From the IMG/VR virus record IMGVR_UViG_3300027833_000047, positions 1 through 62,802 of that record: DNA of 62,802 nt; one strand, 5' to 3'. The notes under the pieces are model-generated. The model was not told the origin of the DNA, searched no databases, and saw only the letters and a program-made list of their open reading frames with translations. Numbering within the stretch: position 1 is the stretch's first letter; every line of letters begins with the position of its first letter. Of this stretch, positions 41,501-51,000 are shown in pieces. The translations under genes were made by a program, and so were the position numbers. This DNA comes from a virus. Its lineage: Duplodnaviria; Caudoviricetes.

Positions 41501-43331
41501 GAAACCACATTATTCTACCACCATTAGGACCTCTCTCACAATGAGGTAAATCTTGGTAAGTAAATCCTTTTTTTCGTGAAGTCCTCCACGATAAGTTTTC
41601 TAAAGAGAACATGTATTTTTTAACCCCTTCAGGACTAAAATCATTACCTGTTAAGTTTGTTGTCTCATTACCCCTCATTGGAGCAATATTTAGATTATAT
41701 GTACTATCTAACACTGAGTAGGTAAAACGTCTGTTTGCAGTTGTTATACCCTCTGTTTTTTGTAAATCACCCATAGAATAATATGGGGTATCTTTAGTAA
41801 ACACTCGACAGTACTCTTGTCCGATAATATCACCATCAACATCTTTATAAGCGATTACTCTTGAACCTTTTGTTAGTTCTCTCGTACCATCATGAAATAC
41901 TTTAGATACTTGGTCGATAGCATTACCAACATGTTGTAGTTTTCTAACACCTACAACCTCATCAGCGGCGTTAATTAATTTTTGTGTATTATCTAATATC
42001 GACCCTGGCGTAAAATCATAATTTCCTGCACCATCCACTGATTGGGTTGCGGTGAACGTATTTTGAACTCCTTGTTCATTCCAATCCGTATCAATAGTAC
42101 CAAAAAACTCAGCGCCTTTACCAACTTTTTGTCCCGCCCTATCTTTATATTTAGGTGATACCCATGTAAATCCTCCCTGTAACCCTGAACCGTCATATGT
42201 TGAGGTTTGGTTTAATCCAAATTGGTATATATTATCCCTCTTTTCGTTTTCATATATTTTAGCAATCTCATCATACCCATAAACAGGTACCTGAGTTTTA
42301 TTACCGTCTTGGTCTAATGGTAGAGATTCTGCGGGAGCCACAATATCCCTCATTTCTTGTTGTGAACTACCTACATAATAATTTTGTTTTGGTACTTTAG
42401 TAAATAAATCAGTTAAAAAATTTCGGTTATAATCAGGAATATAACGGTTAAGTCTAAGACCATGAAAAAGTCTTGACCTCTGTCCACCACCTGTGTTGTC
42501 CAAGAAAATTTGCATTCCTGTTTTTTCGGTAGGTAATTTAAGGACACCTCTCTTATCAAATAAACCAGTAATTTTATTAGCTATTTGATTTAAATACATT
42601 TGTTTCGGTTCGGAACTAAAATAGTCACCAGGTATCCATGAATACGGTGAATAGATTCCACTTACTCTACTAATAAAATCTAAACCTTTTCCGATTAAAC
42701 TTTTAGGTACTGAAATTTTCCAATCCCTTTCAATTATAGATTTATTACCTGTAACTATACCTAGTAAATCAAACGGGTCAGATAACGCATCTATCGCATT
42801 TACTCTACCTATAGTTTGTTGGTAAGTTTCTTCGGCGACTCTATACTGAAATTCAGTCTTAAGTGATTCCGCAGCGATTCTTGCCAAATCCGAATCCTGT
42901 GATAATGGACCGTTATCCCCTTGTGGGTTTTGACTAGTTAATAATATAAATGGATTATATGATGACGCAATAAAGGTATTATATGGACTTTTACCTACTA
43001 AGGCAGGTATACCCTGATTCATATCTAAATTTAAGGTATTACTAAAACTCGTAACTGAATTTATAAATGTAACGTCATCAATAGATTTTGGTTCCCCAAA
43101 TCCTCCTTCGGGACCATATTGATTTTTAACGTAAGCATAATTTCCTTCATTAGAACCAATAACTTCAACTTCATCTGAATCAATAACACCAATATCGTTT
43201 ATTATCACTTCACTCTGTCCAGGCTGAGAAGCAGGACTAAAACCATCGCTATTGTATGGTTGTAGATTTTTTACTAATAATTTTTTTCTAAAATTTTCAG
43301 TAGAATCAAATGATAATGGACTTAATGACAT
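38565..43331 (-). CDS. Tail tube initiator-like (gp48/gp54-type) protein with an inserted OmpA-like domain (1588 aa)
   Basis: Tube-fold segments FPPYDMKVSET..W....FLGRPEPIYTY and PPICILRIGDFY flank GSAS...YNKSLSKRRIDSV...GE...CRRV; located between the tape measure and gp53-like genes. Confidence 0.62.
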   Translation of the reverse strand: MSLSPLSFDSTENFRKKLLVKNLQPYNSDGFSPASQPGQSEVIINDIGVIDSDEVEVIGSNEGNYAYVKNQYGPEGGFGEPKSIDDVTFINSVTSFSNTLNLDMNQGIPALVGKSPYNTFIASSYNPFILLTSQNPQGDNGPLSQDSDLARIAAESLKTEFQYRVAEETYQQTIGRVNAIDALSDPFDLLGIVTGNKSIIERDWKISVPKSLIGKGLDFISRVSGIYSPYSWIPGDYFSSEPKQMYLNQIANKITGLFDKRGVLKLPTEKTGMQIFLDNTGGGQRSRLFHGLRLNRYIPDYNRNFLTDLFTKVPKQNYYVGSSQQEMRDIVAPAESLPLDQDGNKTQVPVYGYDEIAKIYENEKRDNIYQFGLNQTSTYDGSGLQGGFTWVSPKYKDRAGQKVGKGAEFFGTIDTDWNEQGVQNTFTATQSVDGAGNYDFTPGSILDNTQKLINAADEVVGVRKLQHVGNAIDQVSKVFHDGTRELTKGSRVIAYKDVDGDIIGQEYCRVFTKDTPYYSMGDLQKTEGITTANRRFTYSVLDSTYNLNIAPMRGNETTNLTGNDFSPEGVKKYMFSLENLSWRTSRKKGFTYQDLPHCERGPNGGRIMWFPPYDMKVSETNSANWNTNEFLGRPEPIYTYNNTTRNGNLSWKIVVDHPSILNAIVDKELANQSNNNKVTGIVDSFFAGCRKYDIYELALRYPQFTYSDIYEIIVNSPVPEEVKETFDSINTETPGTEDPATVEYVDKVKEDTYSFSYYFDNDVPGPQDATSTTSDESYETTLTNYIAEQSVYDASASAENKVGVKEFYEKNILTGPDKGPLNSTLLFIEGVGEALNEGSTVEVLLQGSASSPNSVNYNKSLSKRRIDSVIQYMLPLKPSNSEKTLQQWKDDGKFIIKEVASGEQVTIGGVDCTQELAQADKVYSPQAMGCRRVFFNSIVETPYQEEIEVTDEESTPPVVDTETQTAIPEKPVMKQPTKTEKQRQEVAKIIVRKLLTECDYFDLVKESSPMVYNGIKEKIKYFQPAFHSTTPEGLNSRLTFLQQCIRPGDTIPVIGDDGRPTEFNAKNTSFGAPPICILRIGDFYHTKIAINQISISYEPLTFDLNPEGIGVQPMLADINMSFFFIGGQGLKEPVNRLQNALSFNYYANTEVYDDRSVVTEQRDELNQEIWESIESIVPFGSDNRPTNEDIPTKGVTIGTIKTNILTTYPTTTESTTSGQTSYKTIMATAVEDVKNYANSITESLNQVANTYSIDGLAYFTDERNYTDGKTLGYYTNGFTGTTTGTNLFGKPKEDELQNKINNLFDEIIDDVNNNNSPLLKKIQNKNFTNADIDLYKFNIISLINEVKPNYISDYMSVMPKVVNNQISLIDTIDKISFVMTNTDGFADKARNVQQELEATDNVDKTSKNANNTYEEMENDMVTLSTDLKEFYNQIFDDNKQLVEKPFKSDYSFSIEYQDEGLYYSRFMNAMYQKILNDKDNVILKLLNDRLSDINKWDRYVNNIVDDLQKDYEKVQRKTERELDRFSKRNSVRKFNDYSPFTKEKERIFYYINVPKANVNSVKDGYFNELYSGLNKGGKSSYNGKVTFN

Positions 43332-43347
43332 CTATATATTCTTTTTA

Positions 43348-43355
43348 GATAAATA
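43348..43355 (-). promoter_or_regulatory. TATTTATC putative late-promoter motif
   Basis: 16 nt upstream of the ATG at 43331. Confidence 0.55.
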
Positions 43356-43418
43356 GACGGTAACATAATTTTGTGTAAACTAAAAGAATAGATTTATACA
43401 AAGATACCCCTATTAATA

Positions 43419-45365
43419 TTATGAGTTCATACCTCCACCAGTCACAGACCCACCATACGTTCCATTTGTGTTAAGTAGTTGGGAACTGATTGTCGCCATC
43501 GCGTCTGGATTATTTATTAAGTATCTAGCAAACTCCTCCTTAGTCATAACCGAACTAGTTGGCATATTATCAACTGTTAAATTAACTTGACCACTCACAG
43601 TAAGGTTAGAATTAGATGCGATGGTACTTGTTGTTGGTTCACTAATGTTAAGACTTGAAGTATTTAAATTACTTACAGATAAATTATTTCTCTGCATAGT
43701 TTCATTACCTTCATTATTTCTCTGTACGGTTTCCTTACTTTCTTCGTTAACATTTTGAAATCCTTCATTATTTCTTTGGAGAGTAGACTTAAATATTCCA
43801 TCCGTACTTGTATCGATTTTATCTAAATAATCTGTCACATCATCCCATCCGGTTTTCATCATCGTTAAAAGTGCCTCTCCATTCGCCACTTTAAGTGCTT
43901 CTTCGAGACCTCTACTTATCGCATCACTAGCGGTATCAATACCTTTAACTACCGCATCTACAATCTCTTTAGCGGTATCTTCGTCAAGTTTTAATTGGGT
44001 CTCTACCTGACCTGCCATATCTACAATTTTTTGTGGTACCTTAATTTCTTCTTCTCGTTTTAAAAATTCAGTAGTTAATAAGTCTTGTGCTTTGACCGCG
44101 TCTTCGGCAAAAGTTTCAAAACCACCACTTTTTACTAAATTTAGTGCGGTTAAGTTAATTAAAGTGTTCTGAGCCGCCTGTATTTGGTTAAGATACCCCA
44201 TAGACTCCTTAGCGACATCAAGTTCTGACATCTTATTAACATCTAACATTTTCTCTAATTGAGTATAATCATTAGCAGTTAAATCATTAAATCCTTCTCC
44301 AATCTTTTTAACTGTACCATCAGGCATAGTTATCTCCAAATTACCATTAGCACCAATTTTACTCATATTAGCAATAAGTTCTTTTTGTTCTTCAGGAACA
44401 GTATTCATATTTCCTAATATATTTAACTTTTGAGTTTTTTGGGCGGCCATCATACCCATCTCAGAAAACTCTTGGTATGACATTCCAGCTAATTTTGCGG
44501 CTTCTCTAAGTCGATACATCTCCGTAACAGGTATATCAAACTCTCCCGACTCTTCATTAAATGTAACTGCTCCCGCAGCCATATCAACAAGACTATCTTG
44601 TAGTCCTGCCATGTCTGTTTGAGCCATGTGAAGTAATTGGAATGGGTCACCTAGTTTACTAATTGAACCACCTAACATTTGAAAACCTGCCGCGGTTTCA
44701 ATAGCGGTTTCTGGCGACATTAAACTATCCGCAAGGCTAACCGTATTACCCATATCTATTCTTAGTGCTTGAGCCTGTGCCACCATCTTAGAGAGTCCTT
44801 GTACACCATCTTTAAAATTGTATGTTACCATCAACTTTAAATTCTTGTTAACACCACCCATAAACTCTGAGACATTTAGACCGTAAGACCTGGCCTCTTT
44901 GGTCATATCCCCCATCATTTCGAGTGTTTGGTCGGTAGTATATCCTAAGGTATCAAATGCGGTTGCCATACTAGCCAACTCTGCAGATGTCATATTCGCA
45001 GTCATCCCCAATACTTGGAATCCGGTTGTTTGTTCATCAGTAAGGAAAGTACTCCTCATCATTGAATTATTTATTGCCGCAAATAATTCTATGTTTTTTT
45101 CGGCCCCAATACCTATTAACCCGGTGGTCTTAGCTGATTCGGCCATTACTTTTTGAACTTGGTTACTAACTGCCCTTGTCTGACCAATACTTTCCCTTAC
45201 CGCATTCGCAGTTTTAGTATTAATACCACCCGCTCTCTCAATTAACGTACCGACATCTGTAATACTCTTTCTAAGTTCTTTACCGAACGTTAAAAGACTA
45301 ATATTTGCTAATGTAATATTAGCTGCAATATCTGCACTGTCTTTTACTAATCCATCGTTAAACAT
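43419..45365 (-). CDS. Tape measure protein (648 aa)
   Basis: Ala/Met/Gly-rich helical sequence downstream of the tube and chaperone genes; TATTTATA at 45379-45386. Confidence 0.72.
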   Translation of the reverse strand: MFNDGLVKDSADIAANITLANISLLTFGKELRKSITDVGTLIERAGGINTKTANAVRESIGQTRAVSNQVQKVMAESAKTTGLIGIGAEKNIELFAAINNSMMRSTFLTDEQTTGFQVLGMTANMTSAELASMATAFDTLGYTTDQTLEMMGDMTKEARSYGLNVSEFMGGVNKNLKLMVTYNFKDGVQGLSKMVAQAQALRIDMGNTVSLADSLMSPETAIETAAGFQMLGGSISKLGDPFQLLHMAQTDMAGLQDSLVDMAAGAVTFNEESGEFDIPVTEMYRLREAAKLAGMSYQEFSEMGMMAAQKTQKLNILGNMNTVPEEQKELIANMSKIGANGNLEITMPDGTVKKIGEGFNDLTANDYTQLEKMLDVNKMSELDVAKESMGYLNQIQAAQNTLINLTALNLVKSGGFETFAEDAVKAQDLLTTEFLKREEEIKVPQKIVDMAGQVETQLKLDEDTAKEIVDAVVKGIDTASDAISRGLEEALKVANGEALLTMMKTGWDDVTDYLDKIDTSTDGIFKSTLQRNNEGFQNVNEESKETVQRNNEGNETMQRNNLSVSNLNTSSLNISEPTTSTIASNSNLTVSGQVNLTVDNMPTSSVMTKEEFARYLINNPDAMATISSQLLNTNGTYGGSVTGGGMNS

Positions 45366-45390
45366 AGTTTTCTTTTTATATAAATATTAC

Positions 45391-45597
45391 CTATCTAGAT
45401 TTCTGTCTTTGTTTTTCTGCTTGTTCGTTTTTCTCTTGAAATTCTGTTGAAAGTTTATCAATAAAGAACTTTCTTTCAAATGTGGGCATTAATTGTAAGT
45501 CTGAGTAAGACATATTAACATGTTTACTAAGATAGTAGAACTCATCGAGCATAACTTTCCTATAACTAGAAGAAAGGACGAAAAAACTCTGCCCCAA
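45391..45597 (-). CDS. Tail assembly chaperone second ORF (gpT-like), possibly reached by frameshift
   Basis: Overlaps the upstream ORF end in the +1 frame; YYLSKHVNMSYSDLQLMPTFERKFFI; lies directly before the tape measure gene. Confidence 0.6.
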   Translation of the reverse strand: MGQSFFVLSSSYRKVMLDEFYYLSKHVNMSYSDLQLMPTFERKFFIDKLSTEFQEKNEQAEKQRQKSR

Positions 45598-46315
45598 AAG
45601 TGATACGCATGTTCACTTTTTCTCCTGACGGGGCCATAACAGTTCTATTGAGGTCCAACTTAGGTTCACAATCATTAATTGTGTTTCTAATAAACTTTGA
45701 ATCCGCAATAGGTAGCGTACTAATAAATGTTGATATTTTTTCTCTGTTTTCATCACCGTCAATAGAAACTACAATCTTTTCTAATCGTTTTGTGATAATA
45801 GGTACAGTAACCCCATCAGGATATGAATCACCTAATGATGATAATTCATTGGTATCCTTAATATTTAAAAGTCGACACTTAACATTAACTGCCGACTTAG
45901 GTAAATTAAATTCAAATAATCCTTTATCGTTTGGAGTTATTTTAGGTGTGACTATGTTTAACTCATCTAGAGCAACTGTAGTTTCGAAGTTTTTTCCCGT
46001 TTTTGGGTCTTTTAATTTAAATATATAATCAGAACCAAACGCAGTGTTTCTTAAGAATATTAATATCGCTTCGGCATCCCCATCTAATAATTCGTTTACA
46101 TTAAAATCTGGTTCATATATTTTATTTTTTAGTAATGTCATCACTAAATTTTTATCCCCTGAAGATGACAATAATATGTTTTCATCTTGAGCAGTTAAAT
46201 AACCAACCTTAAGAGATTTTTTCTTATTACTGTAGAATATTCCCTGAGATGGTAATGGTACCACATCGTGTGGTAAGTTCATATTTGCTTGTCCGTATTG
46301 TTTTCCTTGGTCCAT
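45566..46315 (-). CDS. Baseplate hub assembly / tail chaperone (T4 gp26/gp51-like)
   Basis: VPLPSQGIFY, LTAQDENIL and LRNTAFGSDY; located between the tube and tape measure genes. Confidence 0.72.
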   Translation of the reverse strand: MDQGKQYGQANMNLPHDVVPLPSQGIFYSNKKKSLKVGYLTAQDENILLSSSGDKNLVMTLLKNKIYEPDFNVNELLDGDAEAILIFLRNTAFGSDYIFKLKDPKTGKNFETTVALDELNIVTPKITPNDKGLFEFNLPKSAVNVKCRLLNIKDTNELSSLGDSYPDGVTVPIITKRLEKIVVSIDGDENREKISTFISTLPIADSKFIRNTINDCEPKLDLNRTVMAPSGEKVNMRITFGAEFFRPFF

Positions 46316-46329
46316 AATAGTTTATTTAA

Positions 46330-46367
46330 ATAAAAAACCATAGAAGTTCAATGACCTCTACGGTTTT
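46330..46367 (-). terminator. Intrinsic terminator after the tail tube gene
   Basis: Minus strand AAAACCGTAGAGGT-CATTGA-ACTTCTATGGTTTTTT, a stem with G-U pairs followed by a U tract. Confidence 0.7.
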
Positions 46368-46409
46368 AAATATACAATTGATTGGTTTATTATCAATACT
46401 TGTTTTATA

Positions 46410-46898
46410 TTAGTATACTAAAATACATCTATCAGGACGTAATGTTGCTGTAATTGTAGCTAACGCATCATCACTATATCCTAAACTATCGAAATTAACG
46501 TCAGTTAAAAATGTTCCCTGTAGAATCCATTTTTCAACCGCTACTCCTGTTGGGTCCAACATCTCTAGGTCTAAGTCTTTCTTATAACCTGCAGCATATC
46601 CCATACGTCCTGTTACGGACTCTGAATGTAATCTAACCCACTCCATTAACGCTTGTGACGCTGATGGTCCAATTGGGTCACGGAATGTAACGTTTATCGT
46701 GTTCCACACGAATCTACCGGCTACGTATGTAGAGGTGTTTAAAAAAGGAATCTCTGTTGACCCGATTTGGATGTTAGGTCTTGATGTAGACTCAACATAC
46801 CAAGAATTGATACCCAATGATGATGGAAACGATAGTATAAATCGATTCTTCCTTTTTGGTTCATAGGGAACGGGCATTTTCATTAATAAGTCTGCCAT
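46410..46898 (-). CDS. gp19: Tail tube protein (T4 gp19-like)
   Basis: EPKRKNRF, RP......EIPFLN..YVAGR..W..I.VTFRD, YKKD..L..LDP.G..VEKW.L.G; TATTTATA at 46935-46942. Confidence 0.9.
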   Translation of the reverse strand: MADLLMKMPVPYEPKRKNRFILSFPSSLGINSWYVESTSRPNIQIGSTEIPFLNTSTYVAGRFVWNTINVTFRDPIGPSASQALMEWVRLHSESVTGRMGYAAGYKKDLDLEMLDPTGVAVEKWILQGTFLTDVNFDSLGYSDDALATITATLRPDRCILVY

Positions 46899-47018
46899 TG
46901 TATTTTGGTTTTATATTTCTTTAGTTTATTTAATTATAAATATCCAGTTTAAAAGTTTTTCTATTTACTTTTATTTTTTTTTCGGTAATCTACTAGAGCA
47001 AATAAAATATAATAATTA

Positions 47019-47870
47019 TTATACTTCTTTTTTATCTCCTCCTTTAGTTAAATACATTTTAACTGGTTTATCTTTATATTCTTTATCTAAAAATGATTTA
47101 ATCTTTTCAACATTGCCTGGGTCGTCATCAGAAAACCCAATCATCGGTACGAAATTATTTTTTATATCATTTTTAAGAAAGGCTTTTTTTCCAATCCTTT
47201 TACTTATATCTCTAACATAAGAGATAAATTCACGTAAAGCTTTGATTTTTCCCTCTTCAGGGTCAGCGGCGTTACCTTCACCGTAAGTTACGGGGTGGTA
47301 TTTATTAAGGTCCAAATAGTCGTTAATCATTATAGACGAATCTTTTTCTTCATCACCCGTCATATTACGATATTTTTTAAGATTGTCAATTAAAGACTCC
47401 TTACTAATACCATTATGGTTAGTTACAATCATATTGTAAATCGCTTCACGTAATACCGATGGGGTATGACCTCTTGCTGTGATTATTGAAAAAATTGACC
47501 CTCCGTTTATTGCTTCAACAAAATCATTCCACGATGGTCCTGGTTTAGCTAATAAGGAATCCACTATAAAGGCATTGTCACCTTTAACTCCGAAATTTCT
47601 ATAAGGGTCATCGGCATACCCCACAATCATTTTACTCTTATATTCAAAAGGTTCTTTACCAATCATACCTCGATAGTCAGCGAAGTCTTCTGTTGACATC
47701 CCTACCTCCTCGTCCTCATCGGACAAAAGTATGATTTGTGTTGGCATAGTCGCAATATTATCGTCCCAATCAAAAGCATAATACTTTAAATCAGGGTTAC
47801 CTTCAGGGTCAAACCCTTCTTGTAATTTTTTTTCGTGATAAAATTCTCTAATAACCTTCTTTAAACTCAT
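47019..47870 (-). CDS. HAD-superfamily phosphatase-like protein (283 aa)
   Basis: Motif I YAFDWDDN, motif II ITARG, a Lys at GKIKA and motif IV FSDDD. Confidence 0.7.
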   Translation of the reverse strand: MSLKKVIREFYHEKKLQEGFDPEGNPDLKYYAFDWDDNIATMPTQIILLSDEDEEVGMSTEDFADYRGMIGKEPFEYKSKMIVGYADDPYRNFGVKGDNAFIVDSLLAKPGPSWNDFVEAINGGSIFSIITARGHTPSVLREAIYNMIVTNHNGISKESLIDNLKKYRNMTGDEEKDSSIMINDYLDLNKYHPVTYGEGNAADPEEGKIKALREFISYVRDISKRIGKKAFLKNDIKNNFVPMIGFSDDDPGNVEKIKSFLDKEYKDKPVKMYLTKGGDKKEV

Positions 47871-47874
47871 TTTT

Positions 47875-48021
47875 CTACTTCGTTTTTTTATTGATTTTTA
47901 CCATTAGTCTTTCTAGTTGTGACTCAGATATTACAATATTCTGAGGTTTTTTAGAAAAAGACTTTTTTCCGTCAGACTTTACGTTTAACGACTCGTTAAG
48001 TGTTTTTTTCTTGAATTCCAT
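47875..48021 (-). CDS. Small basic protein, 48 aa (not in the ORF track)
   Basis: MEFKKKTLNESLNVKSDGKKSFSKKPQNIVISESQLERLMVKINKKTK*; fills the gap between the sheath and HAD genes; TATTTATA at 48080-48087. Confidence 0.7.
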   Translation of the reverse strand: MEFKKKTLNESLNVKSDGKKSFSKKPQNIVISESQLERLMVKINKKTK

Positions 48022-48097
48022 TTTATTTTTGTTTAAACGTTTAATTGGCTAAGAGGAGAGAATTAACCCTCCTCATTATTATAAATATAGTTAGTTA

Positions 48098-51000
48098 TTA
48101 AATATCTTCAAAAGATGCTCCTGTAGGAGTAATCAAAAATTCGATATCTATAAATTCAAGTGCTCTCGTTGGTTTCAAGTATATTTTACCTGTTAACGTA
48201 TTAGAGTCTAAATCTTCAGGTGTACCTGAAACCGTAACTCTAAAGTCAATTAAACCTCTGTCTCTTCTAATACTATCTAAGATAGGATTAACTGAGTCTA
48301 AGAATTCTTGTCTTACTTGTTCGTCATTTTGTTCGAACAATAACCTTACCGCCACAGCCGAAATTAATTTACGTGCTTGTAGTAATAATCTTCTAACGTT
48401 TATTCTATCAAGTGCAGATTCTTTAATTTGTAAAGTTTTGTTACCCCAAATAACAGTACCAACATCAGAGAAGGTTGCAATTGGGTTTAATCTACCTTGG
48501 TATAGAGTATCTCTATCTTCTTGTGTTAACTTTTTACGTGCTTTAACTGAATTAACTAAACCTCTCGTGTAACCCGCCGATGCGAACCATGGGAATGCTA
48601 TGTTATCTGTTAATGCTAAGTTTCTAATAACTTCACCTGTTGGTGGAAGATAAATTTGTGTATTATTAACGGTGTCTCTTGTAAGTATCCACGGGTAATA
48701 AGTTGCGGTATAGTTGGAATCAATTCCTGTATCAGTTAAATTATCTACCGCTTCTTCAGGGTAAATAAAGTCTGTATCAAAACTACCTAAAGAAGGTGTA
48801 AACATTTGATAATCAGGTGTAGTACAAATATAAATAGAATCCGCTCTATCCTGTTCAACCATATCAATTGCTGACTCAACTAAGTTTGAATTATTTACAT
48901 AATCAATACCTGGTGTAGTAAATACATTAATGTTAACTGCTTCAGGATTGTTAAAAGTGTATTGACCCCATAAGTAAGCGTAATAATCAGTGTTTGCCCA
49001 AGTTAATTTGTCTGGACCAACAATTTGTTTAAACGCTCCCCATCCTGTTGCGGTTGGGTAACTTATTGAAGGTGCCGCACCTTTTCTAAATCCAGCCGCT
49101 CCTAATTGGTATCTGTCTCCGTTAGTTCTATATTGTCTATATATGTCCCATCCATCAAAACCACCTGACGGTACAACTGTAAATTTACGTGAATTTAATC
49201 TAAAATATGGACTACCTTCAGTTGGTTCTGAGTCGAAACTCGCATCTCCAACTTCAAACGCAGTTTCACCTGATGTAGTATAATTAGAAGAAATACTAAT
49301 AACAGTCGCTCCTGAATCCATATGGTAACCTTTAGTAAGGTAAGACCATGGTTGTGAATCCGTAGCGGTAGCTAAGTTTGTTGGGTTTTGTTTTCCTTTA
49401 TATGATAAGAAATCCGCATCTATACCAGCAGTGTTAGAAACACCTAAGAAAGTTCTTCTTACTCTGTCGCCTGAACTTCTTGTTTCATTATCTGTACCTG
49501 AAGCCGCTCCAAATGGAGGATTCCAAATAACTTCACCTGGTGTGTCGTATTTTGTTTTGTATTCTAAGAATGGTGATTTAACTCCTGAGAACTGTCTAGT
49601 TTGGTAACCTCTAAAACCACAAGGTAGTGAATCAAAAGGTGCGTCTTCATTCATTTCTAACATTATAAATCTAGACCTTAATTCAAACTCCCCATTAGAA
49701 GTACCAATCCTCTTAGCCACAAAACTATTTTGGTTCATATCCATTGTACAGTTAGTAAATTTCTCTAAAACTACAGGGTTAGCGTCGGTATCGAAAAAGT
49801 CACGTACTACCACATCAAACGTTCCATTATTAAATGAAATATTCATGATAGATACTTTTATCTCTCTATTTGCCGAATTACCATCAGAAATGGTTAACAC
49901 TTTAAACATATTATAAACTTGATTACCTCTTAGTTCTGAAACAAAGTAAGGTGTTTCAGGTGTTTGATATTGTTCTAAATACCATCCGATACTCGTGTTA
50001 GTACCCAAATCTTGTCTTGCACTTGGTAATTCAACGAAATCACAATTTAAACCACGAACTCGACCTAATCGATACCCCGTGTTTAATAAGTTATAATATT
50101 CTTCTTCTACAAATAAAGGTACTTCAGATTTTGGTTTAGCAAAATTAGATTTACCAAATACTTTTGATAAGTAATTTGAATTAGAAATATTAAATGATGT
50201 TTGGAATGTGAAAATATCACCATCCGATGTTTTCGCTGAAACCGCGAAAGTATCAAAAGGGTTAGTGGATATTCCAGAATAAGCTCCTGAACAGTCTATT
50301 AAAGCGTCAGTTGTTCCTGAAACCTCATATACAGGACCATCATCAGTGGTATATGTATCAATACCTCGTGAACGTAAAGTTGCTACTACCACATCATGAT
50401 AATCATTATATGGTGTACCCGTATAAGTAGTTACGTAAACTTGAGCGGAACCTGTGAAAGATAAACCACTATTAGTCATAGTTGTTACACCAAAACCAAA
50501 TCCTGTACCGTTATAAACGTCATTATTTTCAGTAAATAATGCGTAATACCATGGGTCGTTTACAGATGCAGTTAAATCAATTGATTCAAACTGTACATCT
50601 TCAACACCTAAAACATTTACGTTTCCTACGTAATTAGGTGTGCTAGTTGTAATATCGCTATATGTTGTCGAACTAACCGCACCCCAAAAATAAGATGTTT
50701 GACCTGAAGTTGTGTTGTTTACTATCTCTGAATAGAAATAACCTTCCATATCTGAAAGGATTGATGATTCACCACCAGTATACGTAGTATATGGATTTGT
50801 TATCACACCTTGAATTGAAGCTGGAAGTGAACTGTAATTTGTCACCGCAACACTTGTAGATGTTCCTGAAACTCCGGTAAATATAATATTAAATGGTCCA
50901 GATTCTCCCGTAGCGGTTGTTCCTGAACTATCTAAGTTACCGATAGTTGTTATTGACCATGAAGGTCCTGCGTCATACCCTGATAGACCAAGTACTCTAG

